A stretch of DNA of 32,000 nucleotides from Erysipelotrichaceae bacterium OH741_COT-311 (GTDB taxonomy: Bacteria; Bacillota_I; Bacilli_A; Erysipelotrichales; Erysipelotrichaceae), in the NCBI GenBank assembly GCA_003858585.1, contig RQZE01000003.1, positions 30,001 to 62,000 of the forward strand, read 5' to 3'. Numbering within the stretch: position 1 is the first letter of the stretch; every line of letters starts with the position of its first letter. The translations under genes were made by a program, and so were the position numbers. Under the pieces are notes generated by a model. It had not been told where the DNA came from. It made no database searches and saw nothing but the letters and a program-made list of their open reading frames with translations. Of this stretch, positions 8,053-17,649 are shown piece by piece.

Positions 8053-9070
8053 GAAATATACATTAGAATTTCTAAAAAATATTTTAGCAATTGATTCACC
8101 TACCGGATTCACTGAGAAGGCAATTGCTTTTTTAAAGAAAGAAGCGAAAGCTCTTGGGTATGATTCTACTATAACACCAAAGGGTAATTTAATCGTGGAA
8201 GTAGATGGCAATGATAATACAAGGGCGATAGGTGTATGTGCTCATGTTGATACGTTAGGGTTGATGGTTCGTTCGATTAAACCGGATGGGAAATTAGCTT
8301 TTACCAGTCTTGGAGGAACGATGTTAAGTTCGTTTGATAGTGAATATTGTCGTATTTATACACGTGATCAAAAAGTGTATACGGGAACAATTTTAAGTAC
8401 CTCTCCAAGTGTACATGTTTATAAAGATGCTAGAACATTGCAAAGAGAAGCAGAGTATATGGAAGTTCGCATTGATATGCCTGTAAAAAACAAAGAGAAT
8501 GTTTTAAAATTAGGGATTAATAATGGAGATTATATTTGCATTGATCCCAAAACGGTGATTACCGATTCCGGATTTATCAAATCACGCTTTTTAGATGATA
8601 AATTAAGTGTTGCAGCTTTATTTTCGATTTTAAAATACATGAATAAGCAAAGAGTAAAACCGAAGTATAAAACTTATTTTATTTTTACGGTGTATGAAGA
8701 GGTCGGACATGGAAATAGTTGGATTCCATGTGACATTGATGAGCTTTTAGGCGTTGATATGGGGTGTATTGGCACAGATTTATCATGTACTGAATTTGAC
8801 GTATCGATTTGTGCTAAGGACTCTTCAGGTCCGTATGATTACAATATGGTTTCCAGCTTAATTGATATTGCAAAACGAGAAAAATTAAATTATGCAGTAG
8901 ACATTTATCCGATGTATGGTTCGGATGTTTCAGCTTCTTTATCTGGAGGAAATAATATTAAAGGAGCATTGATTGGTCCTGGAATACACGCATCACATGG
9001 CATGGAGCGAAGTCATTATGATGCGCTGAAATCGACAATTATTTTATTAGCGATGTATTTAATTAAATGA
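8039..9070 (+). CDS. M42 family metallo-aminopeptidase (glutamyl aminopeptidase / FrvX-like)
   Basis: MKIDKKYTLEFLKNILAIDSPTGFT, GVCAHVDTLGLMV, FLDDKLSVA, FTVYEEVGHG and GPGIHASHG. The start is moved to ATG 8039. The ORF-track start at 7841 is an unsupported in-frame extension running through the upstream gene. The CDS overlaps the upstream gene by 14 nt. Confidence 0.85.
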   Translation: MKIDKKYTLEFLKNILAIDSPTGFTEKAIAFLKKEAKALGYDSTITPKGNLIVEVDGNDNTRAIGVCAHVDTLGLMVRSIKPDGKLAFTSLGGTMLSSFDSEYCRIYTRDQKVYTGTILSTSPSVHVYKDARTLQREAEYMEVRIDMPVKNKENVLKLGINNGDYICIDPKTVITDSGFIKSRFLDDKLSVAALFSILKYMNKQRVKPKYKTYFIFTVYEEVGHGNSWIPCDIDELLGVDMGCIGTDLSCTEFDVSICAKDSSGPYDYNMVSSLIDIAKREKLNYAVDIYPMYGSDVSASLSGGNNIKGALIGPGIHASHGMERSHYDALKSTIILLAMYLIK

Positions 9071-9150
9071 CAAAAATGTAATATGACATATCTTTCACAC
9101 AAAAATTCGACAATTTAAGTAAAATAGAGATATAAATAAAAAGGAGAATA

Positions 9151-9609
9151 ATGATGAAAAAGTTAATAGTTTTTTTGACATTTTTAGTGCTTTTGGTTGG
9201 TTGTGGAAAAAAACAAGAGGAAGTTACTTCTTCTGCAAATCTTGAACATGTAATAAAAGCCATTCAAGAACAGCAAGAGTTGAACTTAAAAGAAACAATA
9301 GTATTAAATAAGGATCAAGTTGTACAGGTGTTTGGTTTAAGTGCAGATAGTATTGAAGATGCAAGTGGACTACAAGCTTCTATTACTAGCAGTTTAAGTG
9401 ATGTTTTGATTATTAGAACAAAAGATGCTTCTAAAAATAAAGAAGTTAAACAACAATTGGATGTATATTATCAACAATTATTTTTATATCCAAGTCAAAC
9501 AGTGTTTTTAGAAAATAAAATTGTAGAGGAAAAAAATAATCTTATTTATGTTATTGTTGCAGAAAATGCAAGTACTATTAAAGAATATGTTGAAAAGGGC
9601 TTGAAATAG
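9151..9609 (+). CDS. Secreted lipoprotein, DUF4358-like
   Basis: Lipobox signal peptide MMKKLIVFLTFLVLLVGC. About 130 aa of mature domain with the layout typical of DUF4358 proteins, which are found next to MBOAT genes. AAGGAG RBS at 9141-9146. Confidence 0.75.
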   Translation: MMKKLIVFLTFLVLLVGCGKKQEEVTSSANLEHVIKAIQEQQELNLKETIVLNKDQVVQVFGLSADSIEDASGLQASITSSLSDVLIIRTKDASKNKEVKQQLDVYYQQLFLYPSQTVFLENKIVEEKNNLIYVIVAENASTIKEYVEKGLK

Positions 9610-9612
9610 TAA

Positions 9613-11010
9613 ATGGTATTTTCAAGTTTAACGTTTCTCTTTGTGTATTTTCCTATTGTTTTATTGGTGATGAAGATTTCACCAATAAAACTTAGGAATT
9701 TTTTCCTTTTACTATTAAGTTTAATTTTTTATGGCTGGCAAGAACCTGTTTATATTTTTATTATGATTTTTTCAACCGTATTTGATTATTTTAATGGATA
9801 CATGGTTTATAAGTATAAAGATAATCGTAAAGTGGCATTTCGCTTTGTATTACTTTCTATTATAGGTAATCTACTTGTATTAGGGTTCTTTAAATATTTT
9901 GATTTTATTATTTATAATTTACAAAACATTGGTTTTACGAGTTTGAAACCTCTTTATATTGCTTTGCCGGTAGGGATCAGTTTTTATACATTTCAAACTA
10001 TGTCTTATCCGATTGATGTTTACATGAATAATGCAACCCTGCAAAAAAATGTCATTAGTTTTGCAACTTACGTCGCAATGTTCCCGCAGTTAGTAGCTGG
10101 TCCTATTGTGCGTTATAAAGATATCGCTTCACAGTTGGATTCTCGTATATTGTCTCAAGATAAATTTGCAGATGGTGTTTTTCGTTTTGTGATAGGATTG
10201 GGTAAAAAAGTGTTATTTGCAAATATGATTGGAAAAGTATTTGATGAGATTTTATTACTTGAATCTAATTTAACGGTTGCTTTAGCGTGGATAGGTATGA
10301 TTGCTTACGCCTTACAAATTTACTTTGATTTTAGTGGTTATAGTGATATGGCTATAGGAATTGGGAAAATGCTTGGCTTTGATTTTTTGGAGAATTTTAA
10401 TTATCCATATATTTCAACTTCAATTACTGAATTTTGGCGTCGTTGGCACATTTCGCTTGGAAACTGGTTCAAGGATTATGTGTATATTCCATTGGGTGGA
10501 AATCGTTTTGGAATTGTAAGGCAGATACTGAATATTATGGTTGTTTGGTTTTTAACCGGACTTTGGCATGGTGCAGCTTATAATTTTATTTTGTGGGGGC
10601 TTTATTTTGGTTTTCTATTAATTTTAGAAAAGTTGTTTCTATCTCATTTTTTGAAGCATTTACCAAAGATAGTACAACATATATATGCATTATTTTTCAT
10701 TTTGATAGGATGGGCTATTTTTGCTATTGAAGATTTTGGTAGAATGATATTTTATTTAAGATCGATGTTTTATTTGAATAAGCTTCCTGTTATCAATGAT
10801 TTAACTATATATTATCTTAGAAATAATGGTGTGGTTTTTATGATATTGTTACTTGCAAGTACACCGTTATTTAAATTTCTTTATTTAAAATATATTAAAA
10901 ATAGAAAGGTAGAATGGATCATGCCCTTTGCGATGTTATTGGTATTTCTTTTGGCTACAGCGTCTTTGGTAAATGCAAGCTACAATCCATTTTTATATTT
11001 TAGGTTTTAA
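9613..11010 (+). CDS. MBOAT-family membrane O-acyltransferase (AlgI/DltB/PatA-like)
   Basis: 465 aa polytopic protein. N-terminus MVFSSLTFLFVYFPIVL, FWRRWHISLGNWFKDYVYIPLGGNR, and the catalytic-His region LTGLWHGA. Confidence 0.9.
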   Translation: MVFSSLTFLFVYFPIVLLVMKISPIKLRNFFLLLLSLIFYGWQEPVYIFIMIFSTVFDYFNGYMVYKYKDNRKVAFRFVLLSIIGNLLVLGFFKYFDFIIYNLQNIGFTSLKPLYIALPVGISFYTFQTMSYPIDVYMNNATLQKNVISFATYVAMFPQLVAGPIVRYKDIASQLDSRILSQDKFADGVFRFVIGLGKKVLFANMIGKVFDEILLLESNLTVALAWIGMIAYALQIYFDFSGYSDMAIGIGKMLGFDFLENFNYPYISTSITEFWRRWHISLGNWFKDYVYIPLGGNRFGIVRQILNIMVVWFLTGLWHGAAYNFILWGLYFGFLLILEKLFLSHFLKHLPKIVQHIYALFFILIGWAIFAIEDFGRMIFYLRSMFYLNKLPVINDLTIYYLRNNGVVFMILLLASTPLFKFLYLKYIKNRKVEWIMPFAMLLVFLLATASLVNASYNPFLYFRF

Positions 11011-12107
11011 TGATGAAAAAAAGAATAAATATATGGACAAATGTTTTGTTTGTCGGGTTTCTTTGTTTTGTATCGATATTCAATCTTTTCGGAAAAAATA
11101 AAACTTTTTCTGATAATGAAAATCGTTTTTTACAGCAGTTTCCAACCTTAAGTTTAAAATCAATTCAAAAAGGTGAATTTAGCTTGAAATTTGAATTATG
11201 GGTTCAAGATCAATTTGTGTTTAGGGATACTTGGATTATGGTGAATACTGCAATGAATATGGCTATGGGAAAGATAGAAAATAATAATGTATATTTTGGA
11301 AAAGATGGATATTTGATTGGTCGTTTTTTTTATGATGAATACAAAAAAGTAGATAGTAACATAGAAAGTATAAATAATTTTAAGTATCCGGCATACGTAA
11401 TGTTGATTCCAAGTAGTGCTGAGGTTAACAAAGATAAACTTCCTAATTTTGCATATAACAGTAATCAAAAAGTATTAGAAGATTATATAGTATCTAAATT
11501 GCAATCGCAGCATACTCCAATATCAATATCTGATGCATTGTCAAACTGTCAGGATTGCTTTTATAGGACAGATCATCATTGGAACTTAAAAGGTGCAAAT
11601 GTTGCATATACTTCCTTTATAAAAGCGCTTGGCGATCAGCCTATAGAGTATCTTTTTAAAGAAGTAAGTACAAATTTCAAAGGAACAATGTTATCTAAAT
11701 CCGGTGTTTTTTGGAATGAACCGGATCACTTGCAATCGGTAGAATTGTTAGAAAACTTAGATGTGAAGGTTACGATTGGAGAACAAGAATATGATTCTTT
11801 ATTTTTTAAAAATCGTTTAAATGAAAAGGATCAATATGCATATTATTTAGATGGAAATCATCCGATAGTAAATATTGAAAATAGAAATAATCCGGATGGG
11901 AATCATTTATTAGTGATTAAAGACTCGTTTGCTCATGCATTGGTTCCTATGTTGGTTCCTCATTTTCATAAAATTACAATGATTGATTTAAGGTATTACA
12001 AAAATTCGGTAAGTGAATATATTCAAACTGAAAATATTAATGATATTATAGTAATGTATAATATGGATAATTTTGTAACGGATGGTAATTTGATTTTTTT
12101 GAAGTAG
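11010..12107 (+). CDS. DHHW-family protein (AlgX/AlgJ/PatB-like extracytoplasmic SGNH-type acyltransferase partner of MBOAT)
   Basis: N-terminal signal anchor followed by FYRTDHHWNLKGA, the name-giving DHHW motif. The start overlaps the MBOAT stop (TAATG at 11008-11012). Confidence 0.85.
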   Translation: MMKKRINIWTNVLFVGFLCFVSIFNLFGKNKTFSDNENRFLQQFPTLSLKSIQKGEFSLKFELWVQDQFVFRDTWIMVNTAMNMAMGKIENNNVYFGKDGYLIGRFFYDEYKKVDSNIESINNFKYPAYVMLIPSSAEVNKDKLPNFAYNSNQKVLEDYIVSKLQSQHTPISISDALSNCQDCFYRTDHHWNLKGANVAYTSFIKALGDQPIEYLFKEVSTNFKGTMLSKSGVFWNEPDHLQSVELLENLDVKVTIGEQEYDSLFFKNRLNEKDQYAYYLDGNHPIVNIENRNNPDGNHLLVIKDSFAHALVPMLVPHFHKITMIDLRYYKNSVSEYIQTENINDIIVMYNMDNFVTDGNLIFLK

Positions 12108-12113
12108 GTACAT

Positions 12114-13421
12114 ATGGAACTTAAAATAGTAAAAATGGGAATCAACGGAGAAGGTATCGGATATCACAAAGATAAGCCGGTTTTTGTTGATGGAGCCTTA
12201 ATCGGTGAAGTGATTCACTGTGTGTTGGAGCTAGAAACGAATACCTATATCAAAGCTAAATTAATAAAAGTGTTGCAAAAGAGCAAGTATCGTATCAAGG
12301 CGAAATGTAACATACAAAGTTTATGTGGTGGTTGTCCTTTAATGATTCTTTCTTTGAAAAAACAAGGGGATTATAAACGTGATGTTTTAATAGAGACGCT
12401 TTTTAAGTATAGTGGAATTAAAAAAGAAGTTGTCAAAGAGATTATACGTAATGAAAAGCCATTTCATTATCGCAATCAGTTTAAACTTCCTGTAAAAATG
12501 ATTGGTAAGAAACTGCATTGTGGAATGTATAAAAGTCAAAGTAATCACATTGTTACTTTTGAAGATTGTCTTATTCACAATGAGCATTTAGAGGTATTAC
12601 GTAAACAAATTATGTTGCTGATTAATAAGTATCAATTAAAAGATTACTATGATAAAGTGCAAAAAGGGATCCGTTATTTGGTTTTAAGAGGATTTAATGA
12701 TCAATATCAATTAACCTTAGTGACAGGTACTAACACATTACCCAAAGCGTTTCTTTTGGAATTGGCATCATTAGATAAGTTAGTAAGTATTTATCAAAAC
12801 ATTAATATTAGAAACACGCATGAGATTTTTTCGAATGAATTTAAACATCTAAGTGGTAAAAAGACGATTGATGTTCAAATACATCATCTATCGTTACATT
12901 TGCTTCCTGCTTCTTTCTTTCAATTAAATCATCATCAAGCTGAAGTGTTATATCAAAAGGTGTATGATTTAGTTTATGAAAGTGATGTTGTGGTAGAGGC
13001 GTATTGTGGAATTGGGGCAATGAGTTTAATGGTGGCTTCAAAAGCTAAGAAAGTCATAGGGATTGAAAGTGTGAAGCAGGCGGTTGAAAATGCAATGGAA
13101 AATGCAAAACGTAATCATTTAGATCATAAATGTCATTTTATCTGTGGAGATGCCGGTAAAGAGATGATGAAGCTTGCTAAAGGGGAGCGTATAGATACCT
13201 TAATTGTTGACCCTCCTCGTTTAGGTTTAGATGATATTATGTTAAAGGCAATCGTAAATGCAAATGTAAAACGTATCATTTATGTTTCTTGTAATCCTAG
13301 TACGTTGGCTAAAAACTTGGCTTATTTAAAAGCAAGTTATGAAGTGGAAGAAATTATACCGTTTGAAATGTTTTCTTTTAATCAACATATTGAAAGCATT
13401 ACCGTATTAAATATAAAGTAA
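12114..13421 (+). CDS. RumA/TrmA-family RNA (uracil-5)-methyltransferase with TRAM domain and Fe-S cluster cysteines (23S rRNA m5U type likely)
   Basis: TRAM-like N-terminus (GINGEGIGYHKDKPVFVDGALIGEVI). Cys cluster CNIQSLCGGC plus a later FEDC. SAM motif VEAYCGIGAMSL. DPPRLG. Catalytic YVSCNPSTLAKN. Confidence 0.85.
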   Translation: MELKIVKMGINGEGIGYHKDKPVFVDGALIGEVIHCVLELETNTYIKAKLIKVLQKSKYRIKAKCNIQSLCGGCPLMILSLKKQGDYKRDVLIETLFKYSGIKKEVVKEIIRNEKPFHYRNQFKLPVKMIGKKLHCGMYKSQSNHIVTFEDCLIHNEHLEVLRKQIMLLINKYQLKDYYDKVQKGIRYLVLRGFNDQYQLTLVTGTNTLPKAFLLELASLDKLVSIYQNINIRNTHEIFSNEFKHLSGKKTIDVQIHHLSLHLLPASFFQLNHHQAEVLYQKVYDLVYESDVVVEAYCGIGAMSLMVASKAKKVIGIESVKQAVENAMENAKRNHLDHKCHFICGDAGKEMMKLAKGERIDTLIVDPPRLGLDDIMLKAIVNANVKRIIYVSCNPSTLAKNLAYLKASYEVEEIIPFEMFSFNQHIESITVLNIK

Positions 13422-13430
13422 GGTGAGAAA

Positions 13431-14762
13431 ATGAAACGAAATTATTTATATACCTTGTATTTACTTGTGGCAATTGTATTAGTGATTTCATTATTTGTGA
13501 TTGATGTATTGCCTTTTAAAACACTTATGATTGTAGTGTCTTTTATTATAGGGTACTATATCATTCTTTTAGTTTTAATGCGTTTTAAAATAAAGTTAAA
13601 GTTACTTACACTGCTTTTGATGGGGGTATATATCTTTGTTGAAGTTCAAATCTTTACAATTGGGAAAAACTTATTGATGTTGAATAAACAGAATAGTTTT
13701 GTTGAAGTAGCGACGATTACCAATAAAGAAACATCTATTGAAAAGGTTGGAATTTTAAATGATTATCATCAAGACTATGTTGTTGAGTATTTAAAAGAGT
13801 ATCGTTATGAGTATATGGTGTATCAGGATGTATTGACTTTATTTCACGATTTAGACAAACAGAAATTAGATGCAGTTGTGGCAACCAGTAATATTACTTC
13901 TTTATTAGAAGAACCGAAAGAGTATTTATATCAAAATCCCAAGACTTATAAGATTGTTAAAAGTGGTGGAAATACATCGATTGATTTAACTAAAGATACG
14001 TTTCATATCTATGTTAGTGGAAATGATCATTATGGTCGTTTACTAAGTAATGCTCGTAGCGATGTGAATATGGTGGTAACCGTCAATCCTGTAAAACGTG
14101 AAGTATTAATGACAAGTATTCCTCGTGATTACTATGTTCCTTTGGCTTGCAAAGAGGGAGCAATGGATAAATTAACACATTCCGGTATTTATGGGATTGA
14201 TTGTACGATTGATACGGTGGAACATCTGTTGGATATTGAAATTGATTATTATGCACGTGTTGATTTTTCGACCTTAGAGCATATTGTAGATACGATAGGT
14301 GGGATACAGATTTATTCAGACATTGCGTTTACTTCTTACCCGGATAAAGTGAAATTTGAACAAGGTTTACAAATCGTTGATGGGAAAAAGGCATTGGCTT
14401 TTGCAAGAGAGCGTAAAGCTTATGTTGATGGAGATGGTATGCGTGTTGTGAATCAACAAGCCGTGTTAAGAGCGATTATTGAAAAACTTCGTAATCCATT
14501 GGTCTTTTTTCAATTTAATCGTATTTTAGATATTGTTTCTTTAGAAATGGATACCAATATGCCTACCAATAAAATGACGCAGGCAATTAAACTAGGATTT
14601 TCTTCCATGTTGGATAAGTGGCATATCGATACACAATCACTCTATGGTAGTGATGCAAGGGGTAAAACTTATTCCATTGGGAATCAAGAAGTCTATATTA
14701 TGAAGCCTGATAAAACCTCTATTGAACAGGCAAAAATGAAAATTAAAGAAATTAGCCGGTAG
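13431..14762 (+). CDS. LytR-CpsA-Psr (LCP) family glycopolymer-peptidoglycan ligase
   Basis: N-terminal TM helices, then SDVNMVVTVNPVKREVLMTSIPRDYYV and ALAFARERKAY, both LCP hallmarks. Confidence 0.9.
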   Translation: MKRNYLYTLYLLVAIVLVISLFVIDVLPFKTLMIVVSFIIGYYIILLVLMRFKIKLKLLTLLLMGVYIFVEVQIFTIGKNLLMLNKQNSFVEVATITNKETSIEKVGILNDYHQDYVVEYLKEYRYEYMVYQDVLTLFHDLDKQKLDAVVATSNITSLLEEPKEYLYQNPKTYKIVKSGGNTSIDLTKDTFHIYVSGNDHYGRLLSNARSDVNMVVTVNPVKREVLMTSIPRDYYVPLACKEGAMDKLTHSGIYGIDCTIDTVEHLLDIEIDYYARVDFSTLEHIVDTIGGIQIYSDIAFTSYPDKVKFEQGLQIVDGKKALAFARERKAYVDGDGMRVVNQQAVLRAIIEKLRNPLVFFQFNRILDIVSLEMDTNMPTNKMTQAIKLGFSSMLDKWHIDTQSLYGSDARGKTYSIGNQEVYIMKPDKTSIEQAKMKIKEISR

Positions 14763-14817
14763 TATAGGGTTAATTTTTTTTATCTAAGTGGTGTATAATG
14801 ATAAATGAGGTGATTTT

Positions 14818-16110
14818 ATGAAAAAGATACAAACAATGTTAGATTTTATATATAAAAGTCCTACGGCTTTCCAAGCGATTGATAATATTAAGGTCTTATT
14901 ATTGGAAAAAGGGTTTCAGGAATTAAATGAAGGATTGGAGTTTTCATTAAAAAAGGGTGGTAAATATTTTGTAACACGTAATGGTACAAGTATGATTGCC
15001 TTTGATATTGGTAGTGAAGTTAAAGATTATAACTTTAATATTGTAGCAAGTCATAGTGATGCGCCAACATTTAAGGTAAAGCCAAATGCAGTAATAGTGC
15101 AAGATAACTTTATCAAGTTAAATACAGAGATGTATGGAGGTGCCATTGCCAATACATGGTTAGATCGACCATTATCCCTAGCTGGACGTGTGATTGTTCA
15201 GGAAGAAGATGGTATTGATACTAGACTATTACATATTAAAAAGCCAATATGTGTAATACCGAATGTTGCGATTCATCAAAATCGAAGTATCAATGAAAAT
15301 ATGTCGTATAACAACCAGATAGATATGCTTCCGGTCTTAACAAGTGGAAAAGAGTTTGACTTTAAAGCGTTTTTAGCTAGTGAAGTTGGTGTTGAAGCAA
15401 ATCAAGTTTTAAGTTTTGATTTATTTTTATATCCATGTGTAGAAGGATACACATGGGGATTACAAGAAGAGTATTTTTCAAGTTATCATATTGACAATTT
15501 AGAGTGTGCATATACTTCTTTGGTTTCTTTTTTGAGTGTTGAAAATAAACATAATATTAATGTATATGTAACATTTGATAATGAAGAGGTAGGTTCACTA
15601 ACAAGACAAGGGGCAGATAGTGCATTCTTAAAAGATACCTTAAAACGTATTGCCGATGGCTTGCAGTTTGATGTTTATCAAGCACTTGCCAGTTCTATTA
15701 TGGTTAGCGCTGATAATGCGCATGCAGTACATCCGGCACATCCTGAAAAAGCAGATCCAACCAATCGTCCATTGTTAAATGAAGGAGTTGTAATTAAGTA
15801 TAATGCCAATCAAACTTATACAACGGACGCAATATCAGCTGCTTTATTGTTGCAGTGTGCAAGGAAAGCGAATGTAAAAACACAATATTTTACAAATCGT
15901 TCGGATACACGTGGTGGTTCTACCTTAGGTAATATTTCGGCCGGACATGTTTCGATTGCCAGTGTGGATATTGGTTTAGCCCAACTTGCGATGCACTCAG
16001 CGATGGAAACAGCCGGAACAAAGGATTTTGAAAGTATGATACGTTTATTAGAAGCCTTCTATCAAACAAGATTTAAGTTTAAAAAGGAAGGGAAGTATCA
16101 AGTATTATGA
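14818..16110 (+). CDS. M18 family aminopeptidase (aspartyl aminopeptidase-like)
   Basis: IVASHSDAPTFKVKPN, TFDNEEVGS, and the DNAHAVHP / AQLAMHS metal-ligand regions. GAGGTG RBS. Confidence 0.9.
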   Translation: MKKIQTMLDFIYKSPTAFQAIDNIKVLLLEKGFQELNEGLEFSLKKGGKYFVTRNGTSMIAFDIGSEVKDYNFNIVASHSDAPTFKVKPNAVIVQDNFIKLNTEMYGGAIANTWLDRPLSLAGRVIVQEEDGIDTRLLHIKKPICVIPNVAIHQNRSINENMSYNNQIDMLPVLTSGKEFDFKAFLASEVGVEANQVLSFDLFLYPCVEGYTWGLQEEYFSSYHIDNLECAYTSLVSFLSVENKHNINVYVTFDNEEVGSLTRQGADSAFLKDTLKRIADGLQFDVYQALASSIMVSADNAHAVHPAHPEKADPTNRPLLNEGVVIKYNANQTYTTDAISAALLLQCARKANVKTQYFTNRSDTRGGSTLGNISAGHVSIASVDIGLAQLAMHSAMETAGTKDFESMIRLLEAFYQTRFKFKKEGKYQVL

Positions 16111-16766
16111 AATTGTTAGAGTTAGTGAAAAAGGATAATAAGATTAAGGCTTATATTCAAAAGGCAGATGAAAGCTTAAGTGCGATTGGTTATACGGAAC
16201 ATAGTTTTGCTCATGTAACCAGAGTAAGTAATGATACGATTTATGTATTAAAGACATTAGGTTACGATGAAAAACAAATTGAACTTGGTGGGATTGCCGG
16301 TTATCTACATGACATCGGCAACGTTGTTCATCGTCAACAACATGCTCAAACAGGGGCAATTATGGCATTTCGCATTTTAGATACGTTAGACTTTGATGCG
16401 GAAGATATTTCAGATATTATAAGTGCCATTGGGAATCATGATGAAGGAAATGCCACATGTGTTTCGCCAATTGGGGCAGCGTTAATTTTAGCGGATAAGT
16501 CAGATGTTAGAAGGTCACGTGTACGTAATCGTCATTTAGAGACGTTTGATATTCATGATCGTGTAAATTATGCTGTTACCAAAAGTAAATTAAATGTAAA
16601 TAAAGAAGAAGCTTATGCGGAATTAAATTTAGAGATTGATACTACAATTACACCAATTTTAGATTATTTTGAAATATTTTTAGGAAGGATGTTACTGTGT
16701 AAAAAGGCAAGTGATTATCTTGGCTTGCATTTTCGATTGGTAATTAATGGGCAAAGAATTTTATGA
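16107..16766 (+). CDS. HD-domain phosphohydrolase, substrate unknown
   Basis: H..(x)..YLHDIGN..GNHD..ADKSD motifs of the HD superfamily. ATGA overlaps with both neighbours (16107-16110 and 16763-16766). Confidence 0.8.
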   Translation: MKLLELVKKDNKIKAYIQKADESLSAIGYTEHSFAHVTRVSNDTIYVLKTLGYDEKQIELGGIAGYLHDIGNVVHRQQHAQTGAIMAFRILDTLDFDAEDISDIISAIGNHDEGNATCVSPIGAALILADKSDVRRSRVRNRHLETFDIHDRVNYAVTKSKLNVNKEEAYAELNLEIDTTITPILDYFEIFLGRMLLCKKASDYLGLHFRLVINGQRIL

Positions 16767-17596
16767 TAAAACAACAAGCTACTTTATCTTTAGAACTACA
16801 AGCAAAAATGGATTTTTATCAAAAACAAGGGTATAAAGTACCAACTTTAGATATGATAAAAACACCGGAAGAAATTGAAAAAATTAAAGCGAGTGGAGTG
16901 ATTAATACAGCTGTTTTAGATCATGTTGAAAAGCACATTAAAGCAGGTATGACTACTCAAGATATTGATGATTTAGTTTCAAGTTTTACCAAAGAGCATC
17001 AAGCTATTTGTGCACCTTTAAATTTTGAGGGCTATCCAAAGAGTGTATGTACATCCGTAAATCATGAAGTGTGTCATGGAATTCCTTCAAAGCTACGTAA
17101 GTTAAAAGAAGGCGATATTGTAAATGTTGATGTTTCTACAATCTATAATGGATATTATAGCGATGCTTCCAGAATGTTTATTGTTGGTAAAACAAGTAAG
17201 GAACGTGAAAAACTAATCGAAGTAACCAAAGAGTGTTTAGCTTTAGGTTTAAAGCAATGCAAACCTTATAACTTTACAGGTGACATTGGGCATGCGATTC
17301 AAAGTCATGCTGAAAAACATGGCTATAGTGTAGTGCGTGAATTAGGTGGTCATGGAGTAGGAATTGAATTTCATGAAGATCCTTTTATTTATCATTTTGG
17401 TAAGCCTAAAACAGGGCTTTTATTAGTACCTGGGATGGTTTTTACGGTTGAACCGATGATTAATGCGGGTGGTAAAGATGTGGTAATTGATCGATACAAC
17501 GGATGGACAATTTACACCAAGGATGGTAAAGATTCTGCTCAAGTGGAGCATACGGTTTTAATTACAGAAACCGGTTATGAAATTTTAACCTACTAG
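16763..17596 (+). CDS. map: Type I methionine aminopeptidase with an N-terminal extension of about 30 aa
   Basis: VCHGIP, NVDVS..DASRMF, GHGVGIEFHEDP, FTVEPMI and QVEHTVLIT (the full Co/Mn ligand set). The exact start is uncertain because the RBS at 16763 is weak. Confidence 0.92.
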   Translation: MIKQQATLSLELQAKMDFYQKQGYKVPTLDMIKTPEEIEKIKASGVINTAVLDHVEKHIKAGMTTQDIDDLVSSFTKEHQAICAPLNFEGYPKSVCTSVNHEVCHGIPSKLRKLKEGDIVNVDVSTIYNGYYSDASRMFIVGKTSKEREKLIEVTKECLALGLKQCKPYNFTGDIGHAIQSHAEKHGYSVVRELGGHGVGIEFHEDPFIYHFGKPKTGLLLVPGMVFTVEPMINAGGKDVVIDRYNGWTIYTKDGKDSAQVEHTVLITETGYEILTY

Positions 17597-17597
17597 A

Positions 17598-17626
17598 TTG
17601 TTTATGTAAGTTAAGTTTGTTACAAT
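17598..17626 (+). promoter_or_regulatory. Sigma-A promoter for the pyrophosphatase gene
   Basis: TTGTTT (17598-17603), 17 nt, TACAAT (17621-17626), preceded by TGt (extended -10). Confidence 0.6.
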
Positions 17627-17649
17627 GGTCTTAATGAATGGAGGATTGC

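Noticed and set aside
9107-9136. TCGACA-N17/18-ATATAA/TATAAA promoter-like element upstream of the lipoprotein gene
   Set aside because: The predicted transcription start would fall inside or after the AAGGAG RBS (9141-9146), leaving no Shine-Dalgarno on the mRNA. The geometry is implausible, so it is not reported as a feature.
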